From Felis catus (taxonomy: Eukaryota), in the NCBI RefSeq assembly GCF_018350175.1, contig NC_058368.1, positions 204,230,001-204,294,000 on the forward strand: a DNA stretch of 64,000 nt, read 5' to 3'. The stretch's first letter is position 1; every line of letters begins with the position of its first letter. The position numbers and the translations under genes were made by a program. Under the pieces are notes generated by a model. It was not told the origin of the DNA and searched no databases. It was given only the letters and a program-made list of their open reading frames with translations. Shown here one piece after another: positions 22,997-36,410 of the stretch.

Positions 22997-24992
22997 GGGG
23001 CGTCTGGCTGGCACACTGGGCGGAGCCTGCTACTTGATCTCTGGTTTGAGTTGGAGCCCCACCTTGGGTGTAGAGATGACTTAAAGAAATTAAAATTAAA
23101 AAAATATATATATGAACTTTTGCAGCACCAACAGTGAAAAAGACTTCTTTGTAAAACAATACTAAAGGTAGTTGTTGGATTTGGGACTACGTTTACCTCA
23201 GGTTTTTATAAATATTTGTGTGATGAGAGAGGGAAGTAGGTGACATTTACATGGGGAATTTGTTAGCTCTTTGTTTTGGCAGAAATATTTGTCCAAGATT
23301 ATTAATGCATCATAGTGTATAATTAAAGTAACTGACTATGTTTGTGAGTTAAGGAAAGATTACTACTATGTATACTTTTTTTTTTCCTTCAACTTTTTTT
23401 AAATTTATTTTTGGGACAGAGAGAGACAGAGCATGAACGGGGGAGGGTCAGAGAGAGAGGGAGACACAGAATCGGAAACAGGCTCCAGGCTGTGAGCCAT
23501 CAGCCCAGAGCCCGACACGGGGCTCGAACTCACGGACCGCGAGATCGTGACCTGGCTGAAGTCGGACGCTTAACCGACTGCGCCACCCAGGCGCCCCTAC
23601 TACTATGTATACTTTAAAAAAAAAATGTTTTTAAAGTTTATTTTTGAGAGACAGACAACATGAGCAGAGGAGGGGCAGAGAGAGAGGGAGACATAAAATC
23701 CAAAGCAGGCTCCAGGCTCTGAGTTGTCAGCACAGAGCCCGATGCGGGGCTCGAACTCACAAGCGGTGAGATCATGACCTGAGCCCAAGTGGGACGCTTA
23801 ACGGACTGAGCCACCCAGGCGCCCTACTACTATGTATGTATACTTTAAAGGCCCCATAGTTGATGACATTTTACTGTAATGGGATGGGGAATGGGGTGGG
23901 ATGGGGTGTGGCAGTATTCGACAAATACTGAAATATTTGTCGAATACCTGGTGCACATTAGGTTTTATGCATGACAGGTTTAAGAGAAAATTATAGTTAC
24001 TAGTCTTTTTTTTTTTTAATGTTTATTTATTTTTGAGACAGAGAGAGAGCATGAATGGGGGAGGGGCAGAGAGAGAGGGAGACACAGAATCCGAAGCAGG
24101 CTCCAGGCTCTGAGCCGGCAGCACAGAGCCTGACGCGGGGCTCGAACTCGCGGACCGCGAGATAGTGACCTGGGTTGAAGTCGGACACTTAACCGACTGA
24201 GCCACCCAGGCGCCCCTATAGTTACTACTCTTAACAGAACTGCCTAACAAAAGTGACTATGTAGAATAAATCGTTATTTTACGGTTTTTGAGGTCCATTC
24301 TACTTATAGGGAAGGGGTAGGAAGTAGAAAAAGGTATGATGAAAAATGGATACACTTGGGTGTCCTAGTCAGAGACAATAAATAAAAGGACTACATTCAT
24401 TAAATTTCTTTTTCCAAAAGAAAAAAATTCTCTTTCTCATACTCAGAATCTAAGCCAGAGATGTTAAATATCTGCACTAATAATTGGAGTGGAATAGATG
24501 TCAGAATTGTATTTCTAGGACCATAATTATACTTTTAACTTTTTTTAATGTTTATTTTTGGAGAGAATGCACGACAGAGCCAGAGCATGAGTGAGAGAGG
24601 GGCAGAGAGAGAGGGAGACACAAAAGCTGAAGCAGGCTTCAGGCTCTGAGCTGTCAGCACAGAGCCTGACGCAGGTATTGAATTCATGAATCATGAGATC
24701 ATGACCTGAGCCAAAGTTGGACACTCAACGGACTGAGCCACCCAGGCACTCCCATATTATACCTTTTTTAAAAAAAGGAAACAGGTCCTTGGGTGGCTCA
24801 GTCATTAAGCATCTGACTTGGGCTCAGGTCATGATCTCAGGGTTCAGGAGTTCGAATCCCACATCAGATGAGCTCAAGCCCTGCTTCCAGGCGAGCTCCT
24901 GCCCCACTTCGGGTGAGCTGAGCCCTGCTTCAGGTGAACACCAGCCCCGCTTCTCTTTCTCTCTTTCCCCCCTGCCTCTGCCCCTGGTGGGA

Positions 24993-25034
<42 letters not shown>

Positions 25035-25725
25035 CTTTGCTCACTTGTGCCCTCTCTGAATGAATGAATGAATGAAACAGTATTGTGTTAGATACCTATT
25101 ACTGTATAACAAATTACCCCGAAACTTAGAGGCTTAAAACATTTAACAAGTATTATCTCACTGTGTCTGTGGGTCTCGGAAAAGGCTTAGCTGGGTGATT
25201 CTGGCTCAGGGGCCCATGTACTTGCAGTCCAGAAGTTTGCAGAGCTGCAGGCATCTAAAAAACTTGACGGGCTAAGGGATCTACTTCCCTCATTAGTCTT
25301 TTGTTGTTCTCTCATCAAGCAAACTGTTTTATACTTTCCATTTATAAAATGTATTTCATGCTGCCCCGTTTTGTGTATGTGTTCCTAGTCAAACAACGAT
25401 ATAGTTATAAACAATAAGGTCTTCTTTTTCGGGTCACTTTAAATTTGAATCATCATTTAAATACTTGAAGTGATCTTTTGATGTTTCACTTTGCTCTTAA
25501 CACTTCATTAGCTACCCTGTCTTTTTAGAATCTGAACTTATGTAAAACACAAGGTTAATAACATTTAAATATATTTTGGGATGTTAAAAATTGTTTCAAG
25601 AGTAAAAGAAGATGGGGGTACCCGGCTGGCTCAGTTAGTGGAATGTGTGACTCTTGGTCTTGGGGTTGTGAGTTCGAGCTCCATGTTGGGTGTAGAGATT
25701 ACTTAAAAGTAAAATCTTAAAAAAA
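22997..25725. mobile_element. SINEC cluster in TMEM267 intron 1: 22997-23105(+), 23376-23597(-), 23616-23824(-), 24005-24216(-), 24535-24752(-), 24785-25075(+), 25615-25725(+)
   Basis: SINEC consensus heads, (CT)n/(AG)n tracts, TSDs such as TATAGTTACTA around 24005-24216. Confidence 0.87.
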
Positions 25726-25835
25726 GAGTAAAAGAGTTTGGATGTAATGCAATTTGCAATTAAGTGGATAATGACCTTTTTTTTGTCTCCTTTCTGAGAT
25801 AAGATTTGAAAATAAATTTGTAATAAATGCATATA

Positions 25836-25924
25836 CAGTAAAACCTTGTGTTGTGAGTAACTTGTTCTGCGACTGAGTAGTACATGATGCCTAATGTCAC
25901 ATGATCACAAATGAGCCAATCGTT

Positions 25925-25959
<35 letters not shown>

Positions 25960-26614
25960 GGGATGGTGGGTGATCGTCTCCCTTGCTCAGATGCTGGGCC
26001 TCATGCTGTGGTGTTTGGCAGAAATCAGTGATTTTTCAGAACATTGGAAGGTACCCAAAACTGGCGATAGTGTATTTTTTGTCACTTCAGCAGTCCTTTG
26101 CTTTTCCATACATGAGTAAGCTTAGGAATGCTTTGCTTCATTCTAGGTCAGGTTGCCTGCAGATAGAGACCCTCTCCTCTGCTGCATTATTGCCAGTTAC
26201 ATTAAATACAGTATATGACAAGAGTTTATTAATAATGTAGTATAGTTGACATCCATGCAAGTGTATACAATGGCCCCCATGCAGAAAAGGATTCCATTGA
26301 GCCAGTAGATAGCAGTGATTTCATTAGTGCTAGTGAAAGTCATCCTACACAATAACCCTCTCTCTTGTCTCCCTCACACCAGCCACGAAGGTTTTCAAAG
26401 GTAAGTACAGGTTAATTTATTTGTCTTTATATTTTGTATTTTCTTTATTGTTGTGTGTTCTGTTACAGTATTGTAATGATTTTTATGTGAATATTTTTGG
26501 GATGTGGAACAAGTCATCTGAGTTTCCAGTATTTCTTCCGCTTTGACATACAAGTGCTTTGGATTACAAGCATGTTTCCGGAATGAGTTATGCTCGCAAA
26601 CCAAGGTTTTCCTG
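25836..26614. mobile_element. Carnivore Tigger-family non-autonomous DNA transposon
   Basis: TIRs CAGTAAAACCTTG ... CAAGGTTTTCCTG, preceded by TA. Confidence 0.75.
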
Positions 26615-29600
26615 AATAAGCATAGTTTCAGTGGCAGCAGAACTTTTCTGTTAGGCTTTTGTGTGAGTGTGCACAGCCTTCCCTCTCACACTCATCTGCC
26701 TGAGTGGCCTTTCTCCTTCGGGCTAATTTGCAGGCCACTGCTTACTGAAGGAGGGGAATATTGCTGCCAGTGCAGCACCTCTCTGACTTGGTCATTAATT
26801 CAAATTTGTGTGTCCCAATTCCCATCTGGCTAAGTGGATACTGGCATCTAGCTTTGGTTCAAAGGGATATTTTATAAACTTTAGAATTATGTGCACTGAA
26901 CCTTTAAATATGTTGACTTCTTTATCCATGCAAGTGTCAAGAGTTTATTTGTAAAGTAGAAACAAATGATTCATTTATGGGACTGTAAATCCTCGGGTTT
27001 AATTAAAGGATTCATGACCTTGGAGGTATCTTTTGCATTCTTACATTTTGGTCATATCTCTTGCTTGAAACTACTTTGAAATCATTATTTCCTCATCCTG
27101 GAAGAATCTGTAGACTCAAACCCAATCTTAGTGCTTTTCAGAACAGATTTCATTATTGCAAATGACAAGAATTTGAGGATTGTCGTAGACTCCATTATCA
27201 TTTGCACAGTTGGTCTGTGCAAAGCAAGTCTTCTTCACAATATGAAAGAATTAAAGGAATCTCTATAAGTTTATTTCACCTGGAGACAGAGAAATCTTTT
27301 GTAGTGTTTGCATGTGTCAACTAATACATAAATAGGAGCAAATAATTTTTATAGTATAAATTTGGCTTATAAGAATTGTATAAAATTTTATTAAGGTTTA
27401 TTTTAATTTTAATTTTTTTTTTTCTTTATTTTTGAAAGAGAGAGCAGGTGGGGTAGGGGTAGAGAGTGAGGGGAGAGAACGAATCCCAAGCAGGCTCCGC
27501 ACCGTGAGTGCAGAGCCCGATGCAGGCCTTGAACTCACAAACTGTGAGATCATGACCTGAGCCAAAATCAAGAGTTGGGTGCTTAACCTGAGCCACCCAG
27601 GCACCTCTATTAATGTTTATTAATGTTATATATTCTCATATTTTTATTAATACATATTTATGATGTTATAAATATACTTCTACTTTTTAAAAATTATACT
27701 TTGAAGAGGCTGACAAGCATCATGGTCTGAGTTGTTTAATGACTTCTGACTAACTTTTCAGAGTAGCTTTAATGGTTTTGTGGTCATAATATTAAGGCAT
27801 TGAAAATGTTTAGGGAATCAAACAAGGGAAAAAAAGTAATGATCATATGTAAGACCATGAGTGAGATAGGAGCCAAATGAACAGTCTTCTCTATTTTTAA
27901 GTGTATAGTATAAGTACATATTTTTAATAAAAAGTAATATTTTACATATTATCTTACAGGCTGCCTTTTAAATGTTAATATTTTGAACATCTTTTCATAT
28001 CAGTAAAAATAGGAATAAGTGTTTTTTAGTGGCTGCTTAATTGTTTGAAATTAATTTCACTAGTCTTGTATTTAGGACCTTTAATTTCTAATTTTTCCTT
28101 ATTATAAACAATGCCATACTGAATATCCATATATACCTCTTTGTATTTAAATCTACTTATTTTCTGTGGATAAATTTGTAGAGTTGGAAATGCTGAGTCA
28201 AAAATATTTGTTCATTTTTAAATGGTTTTTGATACATTTATTGTCAAATTGTCCCCTAAAAATTATACCAACTTACACTCCTGCTAATACTCAGTATGAG
28301 TGATCATTTCTCTACCACTACTAACAGAAAGTATTAGCAATTTTTTTGTCAATCTTACATTGAAATCTCATTGTTTTAATTAATTTATTAATGCTTATTT
28401 ATTTTTGAGAGAGAGAGAGCGCATGAGCAGGGATGGGGCAGAGAGAGAGGGAGACAGAGGATCCGAAGCAGGCTCCCCACTGACAGCAGCAAGCCTGATG
28501 CAGGGCTCGAACTCATGGACAGTGAGATCATGATGTGAGCCAAAGTTGGATGCTTAACCAACTGAGCCACCCAGGCACCCCTTATTGTTTTAATTTAAAT
28601 TCAATTGATTACTAATAAAGTTGAAATCTTCTAGTAATTTTTGATATTTGTATTTCTTCCTTTTCAAAATTGCCTTTCCATAGACATTGCCCACTTTATT
28701 ACTGGGGTACTTGTTTTTCCTTCTTAATTTTAAGTGCCCTTAATAAAGTAAAACTTTAAATCTTTCTCCATCATAAAGGTTCTAAATTTCCTCCATTTGT
28801 CTTTAACTTTGCCATGCACAAGTTTTACATTCTTATGTAGTCATGTCTATCAATATTTTTAAAATAATTTTGAGCTCCCCTCTAAAAGTCTACCTGGCTG
28901 AACTATGTAGAAGTCTGTTTACAAATTCATGTAAATACCCCAAACTTGATAATCAAACTGATTACAAAAGCTATCTAATCATAGAAATTTTCCAAGCAGC
29001 TAGTCAACAAAACAGATTCCCTTTCTTAATTTAACCAGGGAAATGGTCTATTATATTGCAAAACTGTAATCCATTTGAATGTTGTTTGATTTAACAGCTT
29101 TAAAACCTAGAGTTGATTTCACAGCTTTACTGTGTAGAACTGTGCATTGCACAGATTGAAAGCAGATGACCCAGTCTCAGGTTTCGTCTGATGATTGACT
29201 CTCTCCAGTACTACTTAGCACTTAACAGACTGACAACCAGTGTGGACTGCTCACTTCCTGTCCAGATAGTATATTTGTCAGATTGCTCTTCTAATGCAAC
29301 TGGAAGAAACAAAGAGCACTCTTTCTACAATACATGCTGAAAAGGCTAAGTACTGTCTTTTCCAACCTCCCTTGCAGCAAAGGTCTGGTCATGTAACGTA
29401 GAGCCAGCCAATCAGACACATACCCTGCCCTACTCCAAATTTTGTATTGAGATTAAAAAAAACAAACAAATACTGCCAAGAATCTTTCATGGCCGCAGCA
29501 GACAGTGCAGCTTTGACACCAATGCCAGTGGTAACATCTGGTGACAGGGGTTGGGCAGTGTAAGCTGGGGTCAGTGGTAGGGAGATCATCACCAGACCAG

Positions 29601-30539
29601 TTGTCTGGTGTCATTTTCACTGAGGTACTTGAGGCATAGATTTGAGGCCTGGTTCTTAAAACCTGGCAAGTCTGTGATTTCCAATATCCTTTTAATAAGT
29701 TTTGTGTTTTGCATTTACTTCTTTTCTTTTCCATGCACTTAGGAACCCTAACTGATACAGGATCTGAGTTAAATAATAAGTGTTTAGAATTATACACACA
29801 TTCCCCACTCCCCCATACACACACTTAATCTGTTTCTGGACTTTGTATTCACCTTTTAGTACTTATGATACTCTGCTTTTTCAAGTTTACTCCTTTATTT
29901 TACCTGAAGCAGAGCCCGTGTTCACCCAAAGCAGGGCTCGAGCTCACCCGAAGCGGGGCACAAACTCACCCAAAGTGGGATTCGAATTCATGAACTGTGA
30001 AATCATGACCTGAGTCGAAGTCAGATGCTTAACAAGTAAGCCACCCAGGCACCCAGTATTTGCTCTTCTAAATGAAATTTAGAAACATTTCATGAAGTTC
30101 CTAAAAGAAAATCCCTTTTGATTAGGAGTATTATTAGGAGTAATCCCTTTTGATTAATTAGGAGTATATTAAATTTATAGATACCATTGGAAGGGAATAA
30201 CACCATCAATGTTGTCTTCTTACTCAACAAAATGGTCTGGATCTTGTATTAGTTAAGTTCCATCAAAGAAGAAGAACTACTTGCCTGCTAAATAATGTGG
30301 GATTTATGACAGGGGTTAGACCTTCTGTAATAGTGGGGGCTGGGAGAGCATTCTGGGCAGACGCTTGCCTCTGAGTCTATTGTTGAGCCTGACGCTGCTG
30401 CAGATCAGCTAGGCAGACAGTCAAGAAGGGAAACTGAATGTGGAGGAGAGCAAGGACAGAATGGAATCTGCATAGGCTTCTCACCAACTCCAGTTTTGAT
30501 GCTGTGGGTGATCTGCAGGAGAAGCTAGCATTCTTGACC

Positions 30540-32530
30540 TTGATTCATTTTGATGTATACATGAAACTATGAACCATGAAAGTATTACCATAATCAAGAT
30601 AGTGAACATAACTCTTCCCCCAAAGTTTCCTTATGTTCCTTTTTAATCCTTCTAAGTCCCTCCCTTCCCCAGGCAACCACTGATCTGCTTTCTGTCACTT
30701 AAGTTGATTTGCATTTTCTAGGATTTTATATAAATGGAATCATTATGTATTCTTTAAAAAATTTCCAAATGAAAAATTTAAATATATAGAAAAGTGGAGG
30801 ATAGAATAATGAACTACAGGGTATCCATTACTGATATTGAACAATTATAAAATTTCCCATATTTCCTTCATTTATGTCATTTTTAAAAATTAAGACTTTA
30901 TTTTTGAGAGCAGTCTTAGGTTTACAGAAAAATTGAGCAGATAGTACAGAGTGTTCCATGTGTTACCTCTCCCTCCATACATATTTCTCCCTATTATTAA
31001 CATTTTGTGTTAGTGTGGCACACTTGTTACAATTAATAAACCAACATTGGTGCATTGATTGGAGTCCATAGTTGACATTAAGGCTCATTCTTTGTTTTTT
31101 TGTTTTGTTTTGTTTTGTTTTAAATTTTTTTTAAATGTTTATTTATTTTTGAGACAGAGAGAGACAGAGCATGAATGGGGGAGGGTCAGAGAGAGAGGGA
31201 GACACAGAATCCGAAGCAGGCTCCAGGCTCTGAGCTGTCAGCACAGAGCCCGACGCGGGGCTCGAACTCACGGACAGGGAGATCATGACCTGAGCCGAAG
31301 TCGGACGCTCAACCGACTGAGCCACCCAGGCGCCCCAAGGCTCATTCTTTGTGTTGTCTAGTTACATGGGTTTTGACTATTACTCCATTTTTCTTTTCTT
31401 TTTGGTTTGGTTTATTTCACTAAGTATTTGAGGTGCATCAATGTTTTCGTATGTATTACTTTTTTATTTCTTTTTATTCCATGTTTTGTTTAGCCAGTTG
31501 GGCTGTTTCCAGTTGGGAGCTAATGTAGATAAAGCTGCTGTGAACATTCATGTACAAGTCTTTGTATGTCTGTATGCTTGCATTTCTTTCCAGTAAATAC
31601 CTGGGAGGAGAATGACTATGATCGAAGTATGTTTAACTTTGGAGAAACTGAAAAGTGGTTTACCATTTTATATTTCCACCAGCCGTGTGTGAGGGTTCTG
31701 GTTGCTCCACATCTCTTCAACATTTGGGATGATAAGTCTTTGATTTTAGCCATTCCAATAGGTATATCTGGTATCTCATTGTGGCCTTAATTTGCATTTC
31801 CCTGATAATTGATGACGTTGAGCATATTTCATGTGCTTGTTGACCACTATATATTATCTTTGTAATGGACCTTTTCAGATCTTTAGCCCATTTTTGTATT
31901 CGTTTATTTTTCTGTTACTGTGTTTTGAGAATTCTTTGTTCTGGGTAGAAATCCTTTATCAAATACGAGATACGCAAATATTTTATCCCAAATCTGTGGC
32001 TTGTTGTTTCATTCTCTTAATGTTTTTCAAAGAGCAGAGCTTCTTAATTTTGACAAAGTTCAGTGTATCAATTTTTAAAAAACAGATTGGCCTTTTGATG
32101 TTGCTTCTAAGAACTCTTTACATAATCCAAGGACACAAAAATATTCTATGCTTTCTTCCAGAAGTTTTACAGTTTTATATCTTACTTTTAGGTCTGTAAT
32201 CCATTTTGGCTTAATTTTTGTATATGGAGTAAAGTATGGACCGAGGTTCATTATTTTTACGTATGGATATCCTGTTGTTCCAGCAGTGTTTGGTGAAAGG
32301 ACTGTCTTTTCTCCGTTTACTTGCTTTTGCACGTTTGTTAAAAATCAATTGACCGTATATGGGTGGATCTATTTCTGATCCCGCTTTCTATTCTGTTTCA
32401 TCAATCTATTTGTCTATCTTTATATCGGTACCACACTGTCTTAATTACTGCGGTTTTATAAAACTTGTAATCAGATGGTGTAAGGCCTTCAACTTAGTTC
32501 ATCTTTTTCCAAGTTGTTTTCTGATTCAAG
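30540..32530 (-). mobile_element. Old L1 3' region with a nested SINEC (31097-31336, TSD AAGGCTCATTCTTTGT)
   Basis: Minus-strand peptide PYFTPYTKIKPKWITDLKVRYKTVKLLEE resembles L1 ORF2; L1 3'UTR motifs. Confidence 0.8.
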
Positions 32531-33429
32531 GAATGTTTCCTTATAAATTCCGGAATATATATTATGAGCTATGTATAGTTTTTATGACAGAATGGAAGTT
32601 GAATCGTTCTTAATACGTCATTTAGTTATTCTTTAGCCTCAGAATTAAAACAGAACAATATAAAACAAAAACTGCAGGTATCACATAATGTTGATAACTT
32701 TAACTGTATAAATGATTTCAGTATCCTATGCCAGGTAAGAACTAAGCACAGAATTATGATTGCCTTTTTATATCAATTAAAGTTCTTCGGTTAGAGGCAA
32801 CAGAAAGGAAAAAGGGATTTATTGGAAGAATGCTATTCTAGGGTAGCTCCTAGAAGTAAAAGGTAAGCTGCAGGAAGGAGGCCAGCTCTGAGAAACTTAA
32901 AAGACTGGACCTGTGGACTTGATGTCCTTATGGTTCTTTGTTTTTAGGGTGCTCCGTATAGTGAAGCCCTTGGTCTGTAAGAAGAAGAGTAACTTTCCCC
33001 TACCAGCTCCACTTAGGAAAATTCTAGAAGGGAGTCTGATTGGCCCAGCCTGGGTCACCTTAATCACTAGAGTATTCACCACTAGTCCAATCACTACTGG
33101 AAAATGATGACTAATTACTACTTACTAATTAATTACTACTACTAAGAGAGACAGGGAATTCTAACTGGTCAGCTCCAGAGTGGGTCTTGCGATGAGCAGT
33201 TTTCCTAAAAGGAGATGCTGTTTTCAGAAGTATGGAAAATAGATGCTGGGTACACAGACACGGATGCCCACTACCAGGTAGCACACATTGCTGAGAGAGA
33301 GAACTGATGGATGACCTCAAAGTAATAGATTACAGTTGGTGGGCTTTCTTAAATTCACCTTGATACATACTAACATGTAAACTGGTGTTCCTATTCTCTT
33401 TGTGCTACATGGCATATTGTATATAACAT

Positions 33430-33905
33430 GTAAGAAATACGATTTTCTTACACTTGAAAACTACTAACAGAGTAGTCTTAAATGTTCTCGCCACACGCAC
33501 AAAAAGGTAACTATGCGAGGTGACGGAGATGTTAACCACACTGTGGTAATCATGTCACAATATATGCGTATATGAAATCATCACATTATACACCTTAACC
33601 TTATACAGTGTTATATATCAGTTATATCTCAATAAAGCTGGGAAAAATAAAATGAAATTACTGATAACAGTTTAAAAAAAAAAAAAAGAAATACCAGGGG
33701 TGCCTGGGTGGCGTAGTCAGTTAAGCATCTGACTTCAACTCATGTTATGATCTCACGGTTCATGGGTTCGAGCCCCACATTGGGCTCTGTGCTGACAGCT
33801 CAGAGCCTGGAGCCTGCTTCGGATTCTGTGTCTCCCTCTCTCTCTGCCCCTCCCCCTCTCACATCCTGTCTCTTAAAAATAAACAAAACATTAAAAAAAT
33901 TTTTG
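33430..33905 (+). mobile_element. L1 3' end (~33430-33650) followed by a SINEC (~33697-33905)
   Basis: TATATCAGTTATATCTCAATAAAGCTGGGAAAAA L1 terminus; SINEC head at 33697. Confidence 0.8.
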
Positions 33906-34076
33906 TTTCTACAATTTGATTTTGTATTTGTGAAATCATTGCTGATTTTGTTTTTAAATGCTATGTGGCATTAATATTTTTCTTTGCTTTCTATTTTAGG
34001 GTGACTGGGGAATGTAAACAAGAATAAGCTGTTTGTCCCCTGATGGCTTTTGCTGTATACTGACGTATTATTTGTG

Positions 34077-34388
34077 ATGGCATCTGAGGCTGAGAAGACC
34101 CATGCTTTACTCCAGTCTTGTAGCACTGAATCTCTTTTTTCCAGCCTCGGTCTGGGAATATTTTGCCTAGTAGCCGACAGACTTCTTCAGTTTTCAATCA
34201 TTCAGCAAAATGACTGGCTTCGAGCCCTCTCAGATAATGCAGTACATTGCGTGATTGGCATGTGGTTGTGGGCAATTGTCATTGGAGTCAAGAAGACAAC
34301 TGACTTTGGAGAAATCATGTTAGCTGGATTTTTAGCCTCTGTTATTGATGTAGACCACTTTTTTCTAGCTGGATCTTTATCTTTAAAG
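34077..34388 (+). CDS. TMEM267: Transmembrane protein 267, first coding exon (exon begins at 34000 with 5'UTR)
   Basis: Acceptor ttttAG at 33998-33999; ATG in gtgATGG context; [39 protein letters not shown]...[14 protein letters not shown]; donor GTAAGA; 104 codons. Confidence 0.93.
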
Positions 34389-35139
34389 GTAAGAGGCATC
34401 CATGTTTAATTTTTCTGGTCTTTAATAACACCATTATATTGACCTTCACAGCATCATTTTAGAGCTAGGGGTTATCTTTATTTTAAAGTAAGAAAGCTCA
34501 TTCATCCCATTTTTTTGAGCACTCAGTACTTTCCTGAAGATGAATACAGACATGTTGCTAATCAAGTTACTTGGCCTCACAAAGTGCCAAGGATGCATAC
34601 AGAGCAAGGACTCACTAAATGTACCTGGAGAGTTCTGTGCTGGCTTTACCGAGGACGGTGCTTAGCCAAGTCTTGAAGGAAGCATCAGCCCACTGGTTTA
34701 AAATAATGGGGGTCATTCTCGGAGCTAACCTGGTTCTTTTTTCTGTGTTCTTTCTTCAGGGCCACAGTTAGGATTTTCCCCCTTACGCTTCATGTTTTAC
34801 AGTTAGTATGCAGCTCCTACGTGCTCTGTAACAGTGAAGCAGCTTTAAGATGATTCCGAGTCCCGGGGAGTGACTTCAGTAGATTCATTCCCCAGCCCCT
34901 CTTGGAACCAAAGGTGTGCATTTCAAGGGACTCCTTAGGACACCGTCGCTGGTGGCGAAATTTGAGGAATTTCATTGAGGCTTCAGATGTTTAGCTATAC
35001 AGTGACCTACTAGCTTTGCAAATGAGCTATGCTTAAAATGACAGTTCAGATAATATTTTCTTTTTGCTTTTTTTTTTTTTTTTTTCGTTTTAGAGAGAGA
35101 GAGCGTGCACACGAGCAGGAGAGAGGGTCAGAGGAGAAG

Positions 35140-35177
<38 letters not shown>

Positions 35178-36178
35178 GAATCTCAAGCAGGCTCCACGCT
35201 CACCATGGAACCCACCCAGGGCTTGATCCCATGACCCTGGGGTCATGACCTAAGCCAAAATCAAGAGGCACCCAGACACCCCTGTTCAGATAATATTTTC
35301 TAAGTGTCAACAGATTTGCCTACCTTTTACATGTTTATGACCTGTAAATATTTCAGGAAAGAAATACAGACCCACAGAGCAAGGACTTTTCTTGCTCACC
35401 ACTGCCTGGAACGCAGCCTGGCTCACCTAGTAGGTGTTCGGTAGATATTTGTTGAATGAATGAGAAATGATCACTTTTTCCTTTATGTGTCACACACCAG
35501 GTACTTCTCAGAGATTGTCTCACTTATGAAAACACTTAATCAGTTAGGAATCACTAATTCCTGATTAAAGACACAGTGTAACTTTTTGGCTATAAATGGA
35601 GGCAGAATAACACTGCGTTTGAGATTGGCATCAGAAGACCTGAGTTTGAATCCCGGTATGTGGTGGCGTTAGCAGAGCCGCTTCCTTCTTTAAGCCTCGG
35701 TGCCCTCATCTGTAAAATGTGGATTCTGTCTTTACTGATCTCGTTGGGTTGTCTTGAGTGTTAAGAGAGCATGTCACAGGATGCACCGTGGTAAATAGTT
35801 CACAATAAATGTTAGTAGAGATTTGGGTAAGCTAAACCACAGAAAGTGTGGTTCATAAGTGCGTTCACCTAGAATTTAACTATCGTAATTTTTAAAAACG
35901 TTTAGGCTACCTACTATATTTATTCTTTGACTCACTTAGAAGCGGTAGTGTTGAGAATATGAGCCAAAGAGTCAGACAGACTCAGTGTTTGTACAACGTG
36001 GGGAAGCTACTTGTTCTCTGTAAGCCTCGGCTCCCCGCTCTGTAAAACCATCTCTAACTCATCCAGTTGTTGTAAGGATTAAAGGAGGTAGTGCATAGAA
36101 AGTATAGCATAGTGCTGGTACTGATCCTTTTTTAAAAATGAAATATGAACGTTTTTAACCATAAAACTGTTTGTGATC

Positions 36179-36410
36179 GGGGCGCCTGGGTGGCGCAGTC
36201 GGTTAAGCGTCCAACTTCAGCCAGGTCACGATCTCGCGGTCCGTGAGTTCGAGCCCCGCGTCAGGCTCTGGGCTGATGGCTCAGAGCCTGGAGCCTGTTT
36301 CTGATTCTGTGTCTCCCTCTCTCTCTGCCCCTTCCCCGTTCATGCTCTGTCTCTCTCCGTCCCAAAAATAAATAAACGTTGAAAAAAAAAAATTTAAAAA
36401 AAAAAAAAAA
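36179..36410 (+). mobile_element. Young cat-type SINEC
   Basis: CpG-rich body, long A tail, perfect TSD AAAACTGTTTGTGATC. Confidence 0.93.
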
